From: Thermoplasmata archaeon
GTDB lineage: Archaea; Thermoplasmatota; Thermoplasmata; Thermoplasmatales; ARK-15
DNA: 64,000 bases
Assembly: GCA_038729465.1 (NCBI GenBank)
Contig: JAVYRZ010000006.1
Coordinates: 1,697-65,696, forward strand
Direction of reading: 5' to 3'
Under the pieces are notes generated by a model. The model did not search any database. It saw only the letters and a program-made list of their open reading frames with translations, and had not been told where the DNA came from. A program made the position numbers and the translations under genes. Positions 55,897 to 64,000 of this stretch are shown here, piece by piece; within the stretch, counting starts at the first letter, position 1; the number at the start of each line of letters is the position of its first letter.

Positions 55897-57387
55897 ATGG
55901 TTGAAAAAGTTGATGAAAATGTGGTCTTGCAGGAAGGCGGTAAAATAGATACAACGAAGCTTGTATCACAGTTTCAGAAGATTGTTGACAACAGATTTGC
56001 AAAATTCATTATGAAAAGAATGACCACGCCAAAAAAATTCGAGCATACTCTAGCTGTATTTGCAGGTGTTGAAAAACCTAATTCTGTAGGAGAAAAAATG
56101 GAAGTTAAAACCATAGAGGCAGCCTTGGGAAGAGCGTTAAAGACATTTGGCATAAATGATATGGCAGCGGTGAAAAATGCATTGAATGAACCTTTTGTCA
56201 GGAAGGGTGTTGCGTTAACGCTCAGGTCAGTAGCAAAGTACGGGCTGACGAGGCCACAGGTTTTCGAAGCACCTTTGCTCATAGTCTGGAACATTACTAA
56301 GCAATGTAATTTAAAATGTTTGCACTGCTATGCAAACGCTGGTCCTTACAAACATAAGGATGAATTGTCTTTAGAGGAAAAATTGAATGTGATAGACCAA
56401 CTTGATGAAGCGGGAGTGACGATGATATCATTCTCTGGAGGAGAACCCTTGATCAGCCCAGATTTTTGGAAAGTAGCAGAGTATGCGTCAAAAAAAGGTA
56501 TGTACACAACGATTGCTACAAATGGAACACTGCTGACAAAAGAGAATGTTGAAAGATTGAAAAACATTGGAATAAGATATGTGGAAGTAAGCCTTGATGC
56601 CCCGGAACCAAAGACGCACGATATGTTCAGAGGTGTGGAAGGAGCTTGGCAGAGAACAGTAGACGGTATAAAGAATGTAGTTCAATCAGGGGCATTCGAT
56701 ACTGCTATTGCAACCACGGCCACAAAATACAATATTGGTGAAATTCCTCAGATGATAGACATTGCAATAGAGCTAGGCGTGAAAAAGTTTATAGTGTTTA
56801 ATTTTGTTCCCACAGGCAGAGGAAAGGATATAATTGCCGAGGATTTATCCCCCAAAGAGCGGTCTGATCTGTTGAATTATCTCTATGACAGATGGCAAGA
56901 AAAGAAAATTGACATATTTTCAACGAGTCCAACATATTCGCAAGTAGGTATTGAAAGGGTTCTTGCAGGAACTGGAAAAACGTATTCACCCACTCACTTT
57001 GCATCTGCAGATTATGGTGAAACAGGAGTTGGATTAGCAGAATTTATAGGTGGTTGCGGTGCAGGAAGGCTCTATGCGTCCATAGAAGACAATGGAGATA
57101 TAGGTCCATGCGTATTTCTTCCGATAAAGGTTGGAAACATAAGGGAAAAGAGTTTTAAAGAGATATGGGAAAATTCTAAAGATCTTCAGCAATTAAGAAA
57201 TAGGGATCTTTACGAAGAAAACTGCAAATCATGTGTGTTTAGAAATCCTTGCGGTGGATGTAGAGCAAGGGCATACGGCTACTTTGGCAATTATCTTGCA
57301 CCGGATCCAGGCTGCACTTACAATCAAAAAATGTATGATGGGATAATGAAAGAAGTGTACGTTACTGCTGTTGGAGGAAAGAAATGA
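55897..57387 (+). CDS. Radical SAM enzyme with a C-terminal SPASM-type auxiliary-cluster domain and a ~130-aa N-terminal extension
   Basis: WNITKQCNLKCLHCY is the CxxxCxxC motif, followed by FSGGEPL. The C-terminus reads GGCGAG...GPCVF...CKSCVFRNPCGGCRARAY (SPASM-like). GGTGA lies 7 nt upstream of the ATG at 55897; the track uses a TTG at 55861. Confidence 0.85.
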   Translation: MVEKVDENVVLQEGGKIDTTKLVSQFQKIVDNRFAKFIMKRMTTPKKFEHTLAVFAGVEKPNSVGEKMEVKTIEAALGRALKTFGINDMAAVKNALNEPFVRKGVALTLRSVAKYGLTRPQVFEAPLLIVWNITKQCNLKCLHCYANAGPYKHKDELSLEEKLNVIDQLDEAGVTMISFSGGEPLISPDFWKVAEYASKKGMYTTIATNGTLLTKENVERLKNIGIRYVEVSLDAPEPKTHDMFRGVEGAWQRTVDGIKNVVQSGAFDTAIATTATKYNIGEIPQMIDIAIELGVKKFIVFNFVPTGRGKDIIAEDLSPKERSDLLNYLYDRWQEKKIDIFSTSPTYSQVGIERVLAGTGKTYSPTHFASADYGETGVGLAEFIGGCGAGRLYASIEDNGDIGPCVFLPIKVGNIREKSFKEIWENSKDLQQLRNRDLYEENCKSCVFRNPCGGCRARAYGYFGNYLAPDPGCTYNQKMYDGIMKEVYVTAVGGKK

Positions 57388-58769
57388 AAATACTTTTTGT
57401 TTCACCTCCAACGGATTCTGCAATAAAGAGTGTTATTGGCACTACAGGTCCGCCACTTGGGTTAGCATACCTTGCATCTGTGGCAAGATCAAAGAGTCAT
57501 GATGCAAAAATTGTAGATTCGCTTGTGGAAAACCTTACTTTTGAAGAGCTCAGAAAAATTATGGAACAATATTCCCCAGATGTGATAGCCATTACATCTA
57601 CAACTTCAATGATTCCGGATGCTTATGAAGTGGCAAAGATTGCAAAGGATATTTTCCATGGTACTGTAACAGTGATAGGCGGTCCGCATGTCACTTTTGT
57701 ACCTGAACAGACATTGCAGGAAAGCCCTAACATTGATTATGTGGTTAAGGGTGAAGGGGAAATAGCTTTTTCAGGCATACTTGATATACTTGAAAAAAAG
57801 AAGGATCCTAAAGAGATAAGAGGTATTGCCTACAGGAAGGGAAATGGCATAATGAATAATCCACCGGAGACTCTTATAAGTGATGTAGACTCAATACCAG
57901 AACCTTCATGGGATTTACTGCCAATGGATAAATACGAGATAGACAATACCCAATTTGGAACAATAATGACTTCTAGAGGGTGCCCATATAACTGTATATT
58001 TTGCTCATCGTCATTGCAATTTGGAAAACAGTGGAGAGGGCATTCAGTTGAACGTGTAATTGACGAACTGAAAACTTTAAGATACAAATACAATAAAAAG
58101 GATATTGAGTTTCTTGACGATACGTTCACACTTAATATGAAGAGAGCTATTGAATTAACAGATAGGATTTACAAAGAGGGCATTGATATAAGGTGGTCTG
58201 CATCAGCGAGAGTGAACCTTTTCAATGAGGATATTGCAAAAAACATGAAAAAAGCGGGAGCGCATACAGTATACTTTGGAATTGAATCAGGATCTCAGAA
58301 AATTCTGGATTTCATTGGCAAAGGCATTACACTAGACCTTGCAAAATCGTCTGTAAGAAAGGCAAACAATGCTGAATTATATACGTTAGGATCTTTCATC
58401 ATAGGTTTTCCGGATGATACCGTAAAAGACATAAAAACGACAATTAAGTTCTCGAAGGGCATTGGCGTAACCGTTGCGCAATTCACTATTGCCACACCAT
58501 ATCCAGGCACAAGGCTCTGGGATTATGTCATGGAGAATAAACTTCTACTAAGTATGAACTGGAGAAAATTTACAACATTATCGCCTGTGATGAAACTTCG
58601 GAATTTCACACCGGATCAGATACTCAAATGGCTATCTTGGGCATATCTATCATTTTATGTTCGTCCTCTTTATCTGATGAGGGATATAGCAAAAACGCAT
58701 GGTTTTGTTTTTAAAAGGCTAATACCCTATGCAAAGAAGGCAATGAACCTTGATATTATGGGTGAGTAA
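57384..58769 (+). CDS. B12-binding-domain radical SAM protein (461 aa), paralogue of 36921-38306
   Basis: MKILFVSPP...GPPLGLAYLAS...DVIAITS plus SRGCPYNCIFCSS. About two-thirds aa identity to the paralogue by eye and identical length. ATGA overlap with the SPASM gene. Confidence 0.85.
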   Translation: MKILFVSPPTDSAIKSVIGTTGPPLGLAYLASVARSKSHDAKIVDSLVENLTFEELRKIMEQYSPDVIAITSTTSMIPDAYEVAKIAKDIFHGTVTVIGGPHVTFVPEQTLQESPNIDYVVKGEGEIAFSGILDILEKKKDPKEIRGIAYRKGNGIMNNPPETLISDVDSIPEPSWDLLPMDKYEIDNTQFGTIMTSRGCPYNCIFCSSSLQFGKQWRGHSVERVIDELKTLRYKYNKKDIEFLDDTFTLNMKRAIELTDRIYKEGIDIRWSASARVNLFNEDIAKNMKKAGAHTVYFGIESGSQKILDFIGKGITLDLAKSSVRKANNAELYTLGSFIIGFPDDTVKDIKTTIKFSKGIGVTVAQFTIATPYPGTRLWDYVMENKLLLSMNWRKFTTLSPVMKLRNFTPDQILKWLSWAYLSFYVRPLYLMRDIAKTHGFVFKRLIPYAKKAMNLDIMGE

Positions 58770-58771
58770 CT

Positions 58772-59191
58772 ATGGAAAACAATGGAATTTTTGCTATAAT
58801 GAAAAAATTAATGCAAGAGATGTGCCTAAGTGAGGCACCATGCACGATTTATTCTGTTCTAGCAATCTCAGAGAAGTCCATGAGCATAATGGAAATATCT
58901 GAGAAAACTGGTTATTCTCTACCAATGATCTATTCTTCTATTAGAGAATTGATCGAGAATAACCTTGTGGAGAAAATAAAGAATGGAAAGAACACTGAAT
59001 ATATTGCTAACATTAACTTTATAGAGGTATTCGAAAAACGAAGAAAAAAAATCATGGAAAAATTTATTGAGCCTCTTGCAAACATGGATTTGAAAAATTA
59101 CCCACAGAATGTTAGAATAAGAGAAATAAAAGAATATGCAAATACTCTCTATGAATATTTCATAAAAATAAATAAGCTGAATAATAAGTGA
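58772..59191 (+). CDS. Winged-helix (TrmB/MarR-like) transcriptional regulator
   Basis: The CTIYSVLAISEKSMSIMEISEKTGYSLPMIYSSIRELIENNLVEK pattern is HTH plus wing. It starts 2 nt after the radical SAM gene. Confidence 0.55.
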   Translation: MENNGIFAIMKKLMQEMCLSEAPCTIYSVLAISEKSMSIMEISEKTGYSLPMIYSSIRELIENNLVEKIKNGKNTEYIANINFIEVFEKRRKKIMEKFIEPLANMDLKNYPQNVRIREIKEYANTLYEYFIKINKLNNK

Positions 59192-59440
59192 TTCATTTTA
59201 GAAAAAATAGATAAAGCTTATAATCACTAAGTTTTGAGCATCAGATAGATGTTAATATATAAACGTGGATGTTAACATAAATATAACATTAAATAATTAT
59301 TTCTTAGTATAAAGATCACGATTAAATTGAATCTGGTCAATGAAATTTGACAATATCAAACATGAGAAAATTTAATAATGGTTTTAGACATTGTCTTAAA
59401 TACTCATATTTGAATATCTCATCAGTAATAGGGTGAAAAA

Positions 59441-60442
59441 ATGAAAACATATTCTGAAGCCGGAGTTAACATAGATAATAAGTCCATTTTTTTAGATTTG
59501 ATGTTATCACAGATAAAATTTCACAGAGAGCAAAATATAATCCTTAAAGGACATTATACTGGGCTAGTTGATTTTGGAGAACATTATCTAGCTTTAAATA
59601 CAGATGGAGTAGGCACTAAGATGATCGTTGCTGAAGAGGTAAAAAAGTTTGATACTGTAGGAATAGACTGTGTTGCAATGAACGTTAATGATACTATATG
59701 TGTAGGTGCTGAACCTTTAGCAATGGTTGATTACTTGATTATAAATAGATATGATAGCTGGATTGCAGAACAAATTGGTAAGGGCTTAAATAAAGGGTTA
59801 GAGCTTGCAAATATAGAGTTGGTTGGTGGAGAAACTGCAGTAATGCCAGATCTTGTAAACAATATAGATCTTTCAGGTACAGCTCTGGGAATCGTAAAAA
59901 AAGACAAACTGATATCTGGATCTGCGATCTCAGACGGAGATCTTATAATAGGCATAGAGAGTTCAGGCTTGCATTCTAATGGTTTTACGTTAGTAAGGAA
60001 ACTTATAAAAGAGCATAATATATCTTACAACGAGAAAATTGGGGAAGCGAAACTTGACAGTCTGCTTTTAGAGCCAACCAGGATCTATGTAAAAGAGATA
60101 TTAGAACTATTAAAAATCAGTGAAATACATGGGCTAGCAAATATTACTGGCGGAGGATTAAGAAATCTGATACGTTTAAAGAAAAAAAAGTTTATACTTG
60201 ATAATTTAATTGAGCCTGCACCAATATTCCAGTTTATACAGAAAACTGGAGACATCTCCGATTTTGAGATGTACCAGACTTTTAATATGGGAATGGGTTT
60301 TGCTATAATCGTTCCAGAGCGAGACGCTGATACAGTTCTACAATACTTAAAACATAAGATTGATGCACAAATCGTTGGTTTCGTAGCTCCTGGTGAGCAG
60401 GTTTTTGTTCCTGAGCTTAAAATCAGCTATGAAAAATACTAA
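59441..60442 (+). CDS. purM: Phosphoribosylformylglycinamidine cyclo-ligase (AIR synthetase)
   Basis: YSEAGVNID, TDGVGTK, DCVAMNVNDTICVGAEPL and SSGLHSNGFTL motifs. Confidence 0.9.
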   Translation: MKTYSEAGVNIDNKSIFLDLMLSQIKFHREQNIILKGHYTGLVDFGEHYLALNTDGVGTKMIVAEEVKKFDTVGIDCVAMNVNDTICVGAEPLAMVDYLIINRYDSWIAEQIGKGLNKGLELANIELVGGETAVMPDLVNNIDLSGTALGIVKKDKLISGSAISDGDLIIGIESSGLHSNGFTLVRKLIKEHNISYNEKIGEAKLDSLLLEPTRIYVKEILELLKISEIHGLANITGGGLRNLIRLKKKKFILDNLIEPAPIFQFIQKTGDISDFEMYQTFNMGMGFAIIVPERDADTVLQYLKHKIDAQIVGFVAPGEQVFVPELKISYEKY

Positions 60443-61205
60443 TATCTTCAACGGTATATAGCACTTTATCAAATCCTTTAGATATATCTTCCAGATCATC
60501 AATAACGTATTTTAAAAGATCTCTCGATACGAATATAATTGTGTTCAATCCCTTATGCGCAGCCTCTATAGCAGATCTCGTAGTGCCAAACTCAAAATCG
60601 ATATTTATCCCATATTTTTTTAATGTTACTAATGGAACTATTCCATACACACCTATTTTATCATGCTTGTACTTTAATACCGCATCGATAGATTTTTTAT
60701 CGATTTTTTTAGTGCCTCCCTCATAAGAGTTTGGCAATGTGAAAATTTTGATAGCCCCCATCGATAATGATAATATACCTGATAGTGATCCTATAGAGAG
60801 ATCTTCACCTTTTTTAGCGCTGTTTAATGCGGTTCCGGTGGATGAAGAGTCTTTGAGATAAGCATATATGTATCCTTTTTTCATGAACAACCCCACATGG
60901 CTATTTTTTTCAATATCTTCACCTGCAATAGCCTCGGTAATATTTATTATTTTTACCTCGTTTAGAAGCAGAGATATGTAATCTCTTAATTCTTCTGTTT
61001 TCTCTGAAATAAATAGAAATCCCTCTTTCTTTATTTTTAGCTCACTGTCTATATATCCCTCATTTTTTAGCTGTTTTAAATAGTCTGATACGCCCTGTAT
61101 AGTTATGCCTATTGTATCTGCAAGATCTTTAATTTTCTTTTTTCCGTGAAGTATTTCTATCAGTATAAGCATTTTTGTGAGCTCTTTTTTCTCTCTTAAT
61201 ATCAT
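60423..61205 (-). CDS. wHTH-domain transcriptional regulator with an uncharacterised C-terminal domain
   Basis: The N-terminal LILIEILHGKKKIKDLADTIGITIQGVSDYLKQLKNEGYI is a wHTH. 20-nt convergent overlap with purM. Confidence 0.55.
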   Translation of the reverse strand: MILREKKELTKMLILIEILHGKKKIKDLADTIGITIQGVSDYLKQLKNEGYIDSELKIKKEGFLFISEKTEELRDYISLLLNEVKIINITEAIAGEDIEKNSHVGLFMKKGYIYAYLKDSSSTGTALNSAKKGEDLSIGSLSGILSLSMGAIKIFTLPNSYEGGTKKIDKKSIDAVLKYKHDKIGVYGIVPLVTLKKYGINIDFEFGTTRSAIEAAHKGLNTIIFVSRDLLKYVIDDLEDISKGFDKVLYTVEDISIFHS

Positions 61206-61504
61206 GTTCTTTCACGGATATAAATATATTAATTAAATATTTTAAACTTTTTTAAAATTATCCCATTTTTGAATGAAGCCATACTATACTAGAAACTAAC
61301 TGTTGAACTTTTAAACCTTAACTCTCTATTTTTTGCGGAATAGAATGATGAATATTTTTTCATGAATCGTTATGGAACCCTATATATTATAATTCCTGAT
61401 AACATATTGATCACCAAAACATTAATAATATATATTACGTATATATAGAACATATGAATACTTTACCGATTGGGTTGCAAAGCAGAAGAGAAAAGGGATA
61501 GAGA

Positions 61505-62044
61505 TTAGGAATTTTGGCGATCGATACAAATGCATTGTTTCAAGAGATCTAGATCAATGCCATTCAAAATTTTTTCAAACACAGGTGAATCATTTTGATT
61601 AGCAGGAGTAAGCAATGCTCCCATTGGTAGAGTGAAAGGATAAACAATTGCAGATAAATGTAATTTCAATTCTCTTTCATTCGCATTTCGTCTAACATAT
61701 TTGCCAGATTCCTTAATTTTTGTTTTTATAAAGGTTGAATCTATTCCAAGGATGTTTAAAAATTTGCCTTATATATAAAAATTATGAGCCATTAGGTAAG
61801 GGTAGATCAAGGAACAGAATAATTCCACAAAGATCTGATAGGATCTATTTGTATTCAGTTTAGAGAGTTCAGATTTACTAACATTGTTGTTTATAGCAAT
61901 ATCAGATAGATCCAATTTGTTTATTGCTAATAAGATTAGGAAATTTGTGTTGAGGAGATTTTTTTTAGAGTGTTCATCAATCTTTGTCTGCTGTGAAATT
62001 TTTTTCACGAATTTCTCAATAAGTTTTCTAAAAATATTATCCAT
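61505..62044 (-). pseudogene. IS5/IS4-like DDE transposase remnant, interrupted by an in-frame TAA and truncated at the C-terminus
   Basis: The track ORF 61769-62044 ends ...LMAHNFYI*. The same frame continues GKFLNILGIDSTFIKTK...KLHLSAIVYPFTLPMGALLTPANQNDSPVFEKIL...CIDRQNS*. This is the GxDST / KLH...P..........D pattern of IS5-type DDE transposases. It totals about 187 aa, too short for a full transposase. Confidence 0.6.
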
Positions 62045-62172
62045 AGTAAGAATGTTATAAATTAGAGATGTTTAAAATCTGACGAGAGAAAGTGAAATAT
62101 TTAAATATTAGAAACACGATTATAGTTATTTGACATTTTTATAAATAGATTTCGAAAAAAGGGGGATATAAT

Positions 62173-63438
62173 ATGAAAATCTTCAAAAAAATAAAAATGG
62201 AAGAAGCTATTTTGATAGAAAGAGTTGTTATGTTAGTTTTGTCAGCTGTTTCTTTTGCCCCTAATTCTTATGCAAGCAAATCTCTTACTTCTGTGCCAAA
62301 TTATAATATTTCAACGGACATTAGCTCTAATTCAAATGTAAGTAATATATACAATAATTTTAACACTTCTCTTAACAATAATATAAACGCAACTATAAAT
62401 ATAGCAAAGCAGCATAATCTACCTTTTTATGTAGGAAATCTTACAACAAAGATTAAATCATCATTCAATGCGTTTTTGGCTATTGAGAATATATTAGGTA
62501 ATACCAGTCTATATAACGATTTTTCGTGGGGAATAGAGCATATTTTTACTGATAATATAACTTTTGCAGAGTTCAGTATTACTTTCATCAATGGAAAAAA
62601 TGAAACTATGTATACCTGGCAAGCGAATGAAAGTAAACCGTTTATATTAGAATTAAGCGTAAAGATTCTTCCAGTAAACCCAATAGAAACAACTATGACA
62701 ACATACAATTGGTCTGGTTATGAAGTTTATGACCTTGATAATGAAGTAACTGCGGTATGTAGCCCTATTACTGTGCCAAAGATGCAACTTGCCAATTTAA
62801 GTCAGCAGTGGGGGTCTTGCGGAGGTGATGCTACTGGAGCTTGGGTTGGAATAAGTAATAAAGCAGGAGGATTTGTACAGCTTGCGCAAACTGGTTATAG
62901 CAATGTGGTATATCCATCAAATGACTTTATTCCTTATGCTCTTTTTTATGCCGTAATAGATAATAAGACTGTATTAACAAATTCATATTATCCTAATGTT
63001 CCAAGAGCTGGTATTGGTTACACATTCAGTTTTACTGTAACAAATAACGGGAAATCGTATACTTTTACAGCTCTTAATTTGAGTAATACAGCACAAAGCT
63101 ATACAGTTACATACACTCCTAAGACGATTGATAAAACATATTATAGTGAGTTCATAGTTGAAGCACCGTATAGTCCTACGTTATCATGGTCCTATCCGCA
63201 GCTTCGACTTCCAGAATTTTCTTCACCAATTGATTTCACTTATCCAGAATTATATACCACTACTTGGTATTATGTCGGAAGTTTTTATCCTCAATATTGG
63301 AATGAGTACTTTTTAAACCAAACCAAAAACCCAAATTATCCTTATAACATTGATATTTTTAATTCTTGGAACACAAACACATATGCATATGACATGACTT
63401 GGAACGACTCTTTATTTTCTTTATATTCTCTTTCTTGA
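62173..63438 (+). CDS. Secreted glutamic peptidase (G1/eqolisin, Pfam Peptidase_A4-like) with an N-terminal signal/pro region
   Basis: YNWSGYEVY, GAWVGIS, LAQTG and SEFIVEAP...LPEFSSPIDFT parallel the NWAGA / AWVGIDG / LQTG / EWIVED blocks of scytalidoglutamic peptidase, including the catalytic Gln and Glu positions. Many N-x-S/T sequons. Hydrophobic N-terminus. Confidence 0.6.
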   Translation: MKIFKKIKMEEAILIERVVMLVLSAVSFAPNSYASKSLTSVPNYNISTDISSNSNVSNIYNNFNTSLNNNINATINIAKQHNLPFYVGNLTTKIKSSFNAFLAIENILGNTSLYNDFSWGIEHIFTDNITFAEFSITFINGKNETMYTWQANESKPFILELSVKILPVNPIETTMTTYNWSGYEVYDLDNEVTAVCSPITVPKMQLANLSQQWGSCGGDATGAWVGISNKAGGFVQLAQTGYSNVVYPSNDFIPYALFYAVIDNKTVLTNSYYPNVPRAGIGYTFSFTVTNNGKSYTFTALNLSNTAQSYTVTYTPKTIDKTYYSEFIVEAPYSPTLSWSYPQLRLPEFSSPIDFTYPELYTTTWYYVGSFYPQYWNEYFLNQTKNPNYPYNIDIFNSWNTNTYAYDMTWNDSLFSLYSLS

Positions 63439-63448
63439 GGTGATGAAA

Positions 63449-64000
63449 ATGAAAAAGTTAATGTTAATCTCAATAGTTCTAACGATTGTATTACTATTAA
63501 TGCCTAGTAGTGTAGTTGTTGCAAAATCACCTACTAGCAATCAGATCCCAGCAGGGTATTTTAAAGGTGCTTATGCGGACTATAAAGAATTTCTAAATTT
63601 TTCAATTTTGCCTAATGGTACCTATCCAAATTGGACTTTTCCGATATATTATCAGAATTACACAATAACTTCTATAAACGCAAGCGAATTTTCACTTCAC
63701 TTTATTTTTAGTTATATAAACAATTATAATATCACTCCAATTAAGTACATAACACAAGGTAATGAAACTATATTGTTACCTAGTATGTTGGCAGTGTCTC
63801 TTAATGAAACTTCTACTTTTTCAAATACTTTGGGACCAGTAGTTACTTCTATACCTTCTCCTCCACCATTTTTAAATACTTCAACCTTAACATTGTATAA
63901 TAGGGGATATAATAGTGGAAAAGAACTAAATAATACCACTGTGTATTCAAATCAACAATATACAGGTCCTCTTGGTTCTTTTAAAGTGGATATTGTAAAG
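63449..64000 (+). CDS. Secreted or membrane-anchored sequon-rich protein, 3' end outside the window (absent from the ORF track)
   Basis: Hand translation is open to the window end: MKKLMLISIVLTIVLLLMPSSVVVAKSPTSNQIPAGYFKG.... GAGGTGA lies 5 nt upstream of the ATG. It has a signal-peptide-like N-terminus and multiple N-x-S/T sites. Confidence 0.6.
   Translation, partial: MKKLMLISIVLTIVLLLMPSSVVVAKSPTSNQIPAGYFKGAYADYKEFLNFSILPNGTYPNWTFPIYYQNYTITSINASEFSLHFIFSYINNYNITPIKYITQGNETILLPSMLAVSLNETSTFSNTLGPVVTSIPSPPPFLNTSTLTLYNRGYNSGKELNNTTVYSNQQYTGPLGSFKVDIVK

Noticed and set aside
55751-56002. 83-aa minus-strand ORF
   Set aside because: It lies antisense to the start of the radical SAM/SPASM gene and to the 53-aa ORF. 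It is Cys/Ser/Leu-rich shadow-frame sequence.
55897-57387. Identification of the SPASM radical SAM protein as tetraether synthase (Tes/GDGT-MAS)
   Set aside because: The idea is tempting because of the ~500-aa length, the lipid genes elsewhere in the window and the adjacent Grs-like B12 enzyme. However, I see only one CxxxCxxC motif plus a standard SPASM tail, and I cannot verify family membership without a profile search. I keep it only as an alternative to test.
1-64000. CRISPR arrays, rRNA genes, inteins in polC/topA, toxin-antitoxin pairing for the PIN gene
   Set aside because: No regularly spaced short direct repeats were seen in any intergenic region. No rRNA-like GC-rich stretches were seen. 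PolD and TopA lengths fit intein-free proteins. The PIN gene is operon-embedded with no small antitoxin ORF and resembles the conserved Fcf1-type housekeeping PIN.

Overview
AT-rich (about one-third GC by eye), densely coding archaeal chromosome segment. PolD large subunit, ribosomal protein S17e, Sm protein, exosome Csl4, GGGP/DGGGP synthases, an archaeal CTP-type riboflavin kinase fusion and a secreted glutamic (G1) peptidase together suggest a Thermoplasmata-like acidophilic euryarchaeon; this placement is inference only. Most of the window is housekeeping: pyrBI, rpe, purH, purM, pheT, topA, ahcY, two moeA genes, rnhB, an ftsZ with an upstream RHH gene, an acyl-CoA/CoA-transferase block and ether-lipid core synthesis. 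Two tRNAs are present, Ser-CGA and Phe-GAA. I found no CRISPR array or rRNA. Eight things need a second look. (1) At 55.7-59.2 kb a GC-shifted cassette holds an untracked 53-aa ORF, an N-terminally extended radical SAM/SPASM enzyme, a B12-binding radical SAM enzyme and a wHTH protein. It sits behind about 1.1 kb of non-coding DNA, and a 461-aa paralogue of the B12 enzyme lies 20 kb away. (2) A ~375-bp repeat family (F1) brackets pyrBI. A third, GC-rich, diverged copy of its right-hand module forms the 5' leader of a small Zn-finger gene, and hairpins are conserved across all three copies. (3) A second ~180-260-bp repeat family (F2) occupies two divergent promoter regions. (4) A 998-aa FtsK/HerA-like ATPase lies directly downstream of the GGGPS/DGGGPS genes. 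(5) A 699-aa protein combines a Zn-ribbon, a coiled coil and a degenerate KaiC-like domain. (6) An aconitase-X small subunit is fused to a Nudix domain. (7) A stop-interrupted IS5-like transposase remnant lies next to secreted-protein genes. (8) Several sub-60-aa ORFs are missing from the supplied track. All function calls come from motif recognition by eye; no database search was run.
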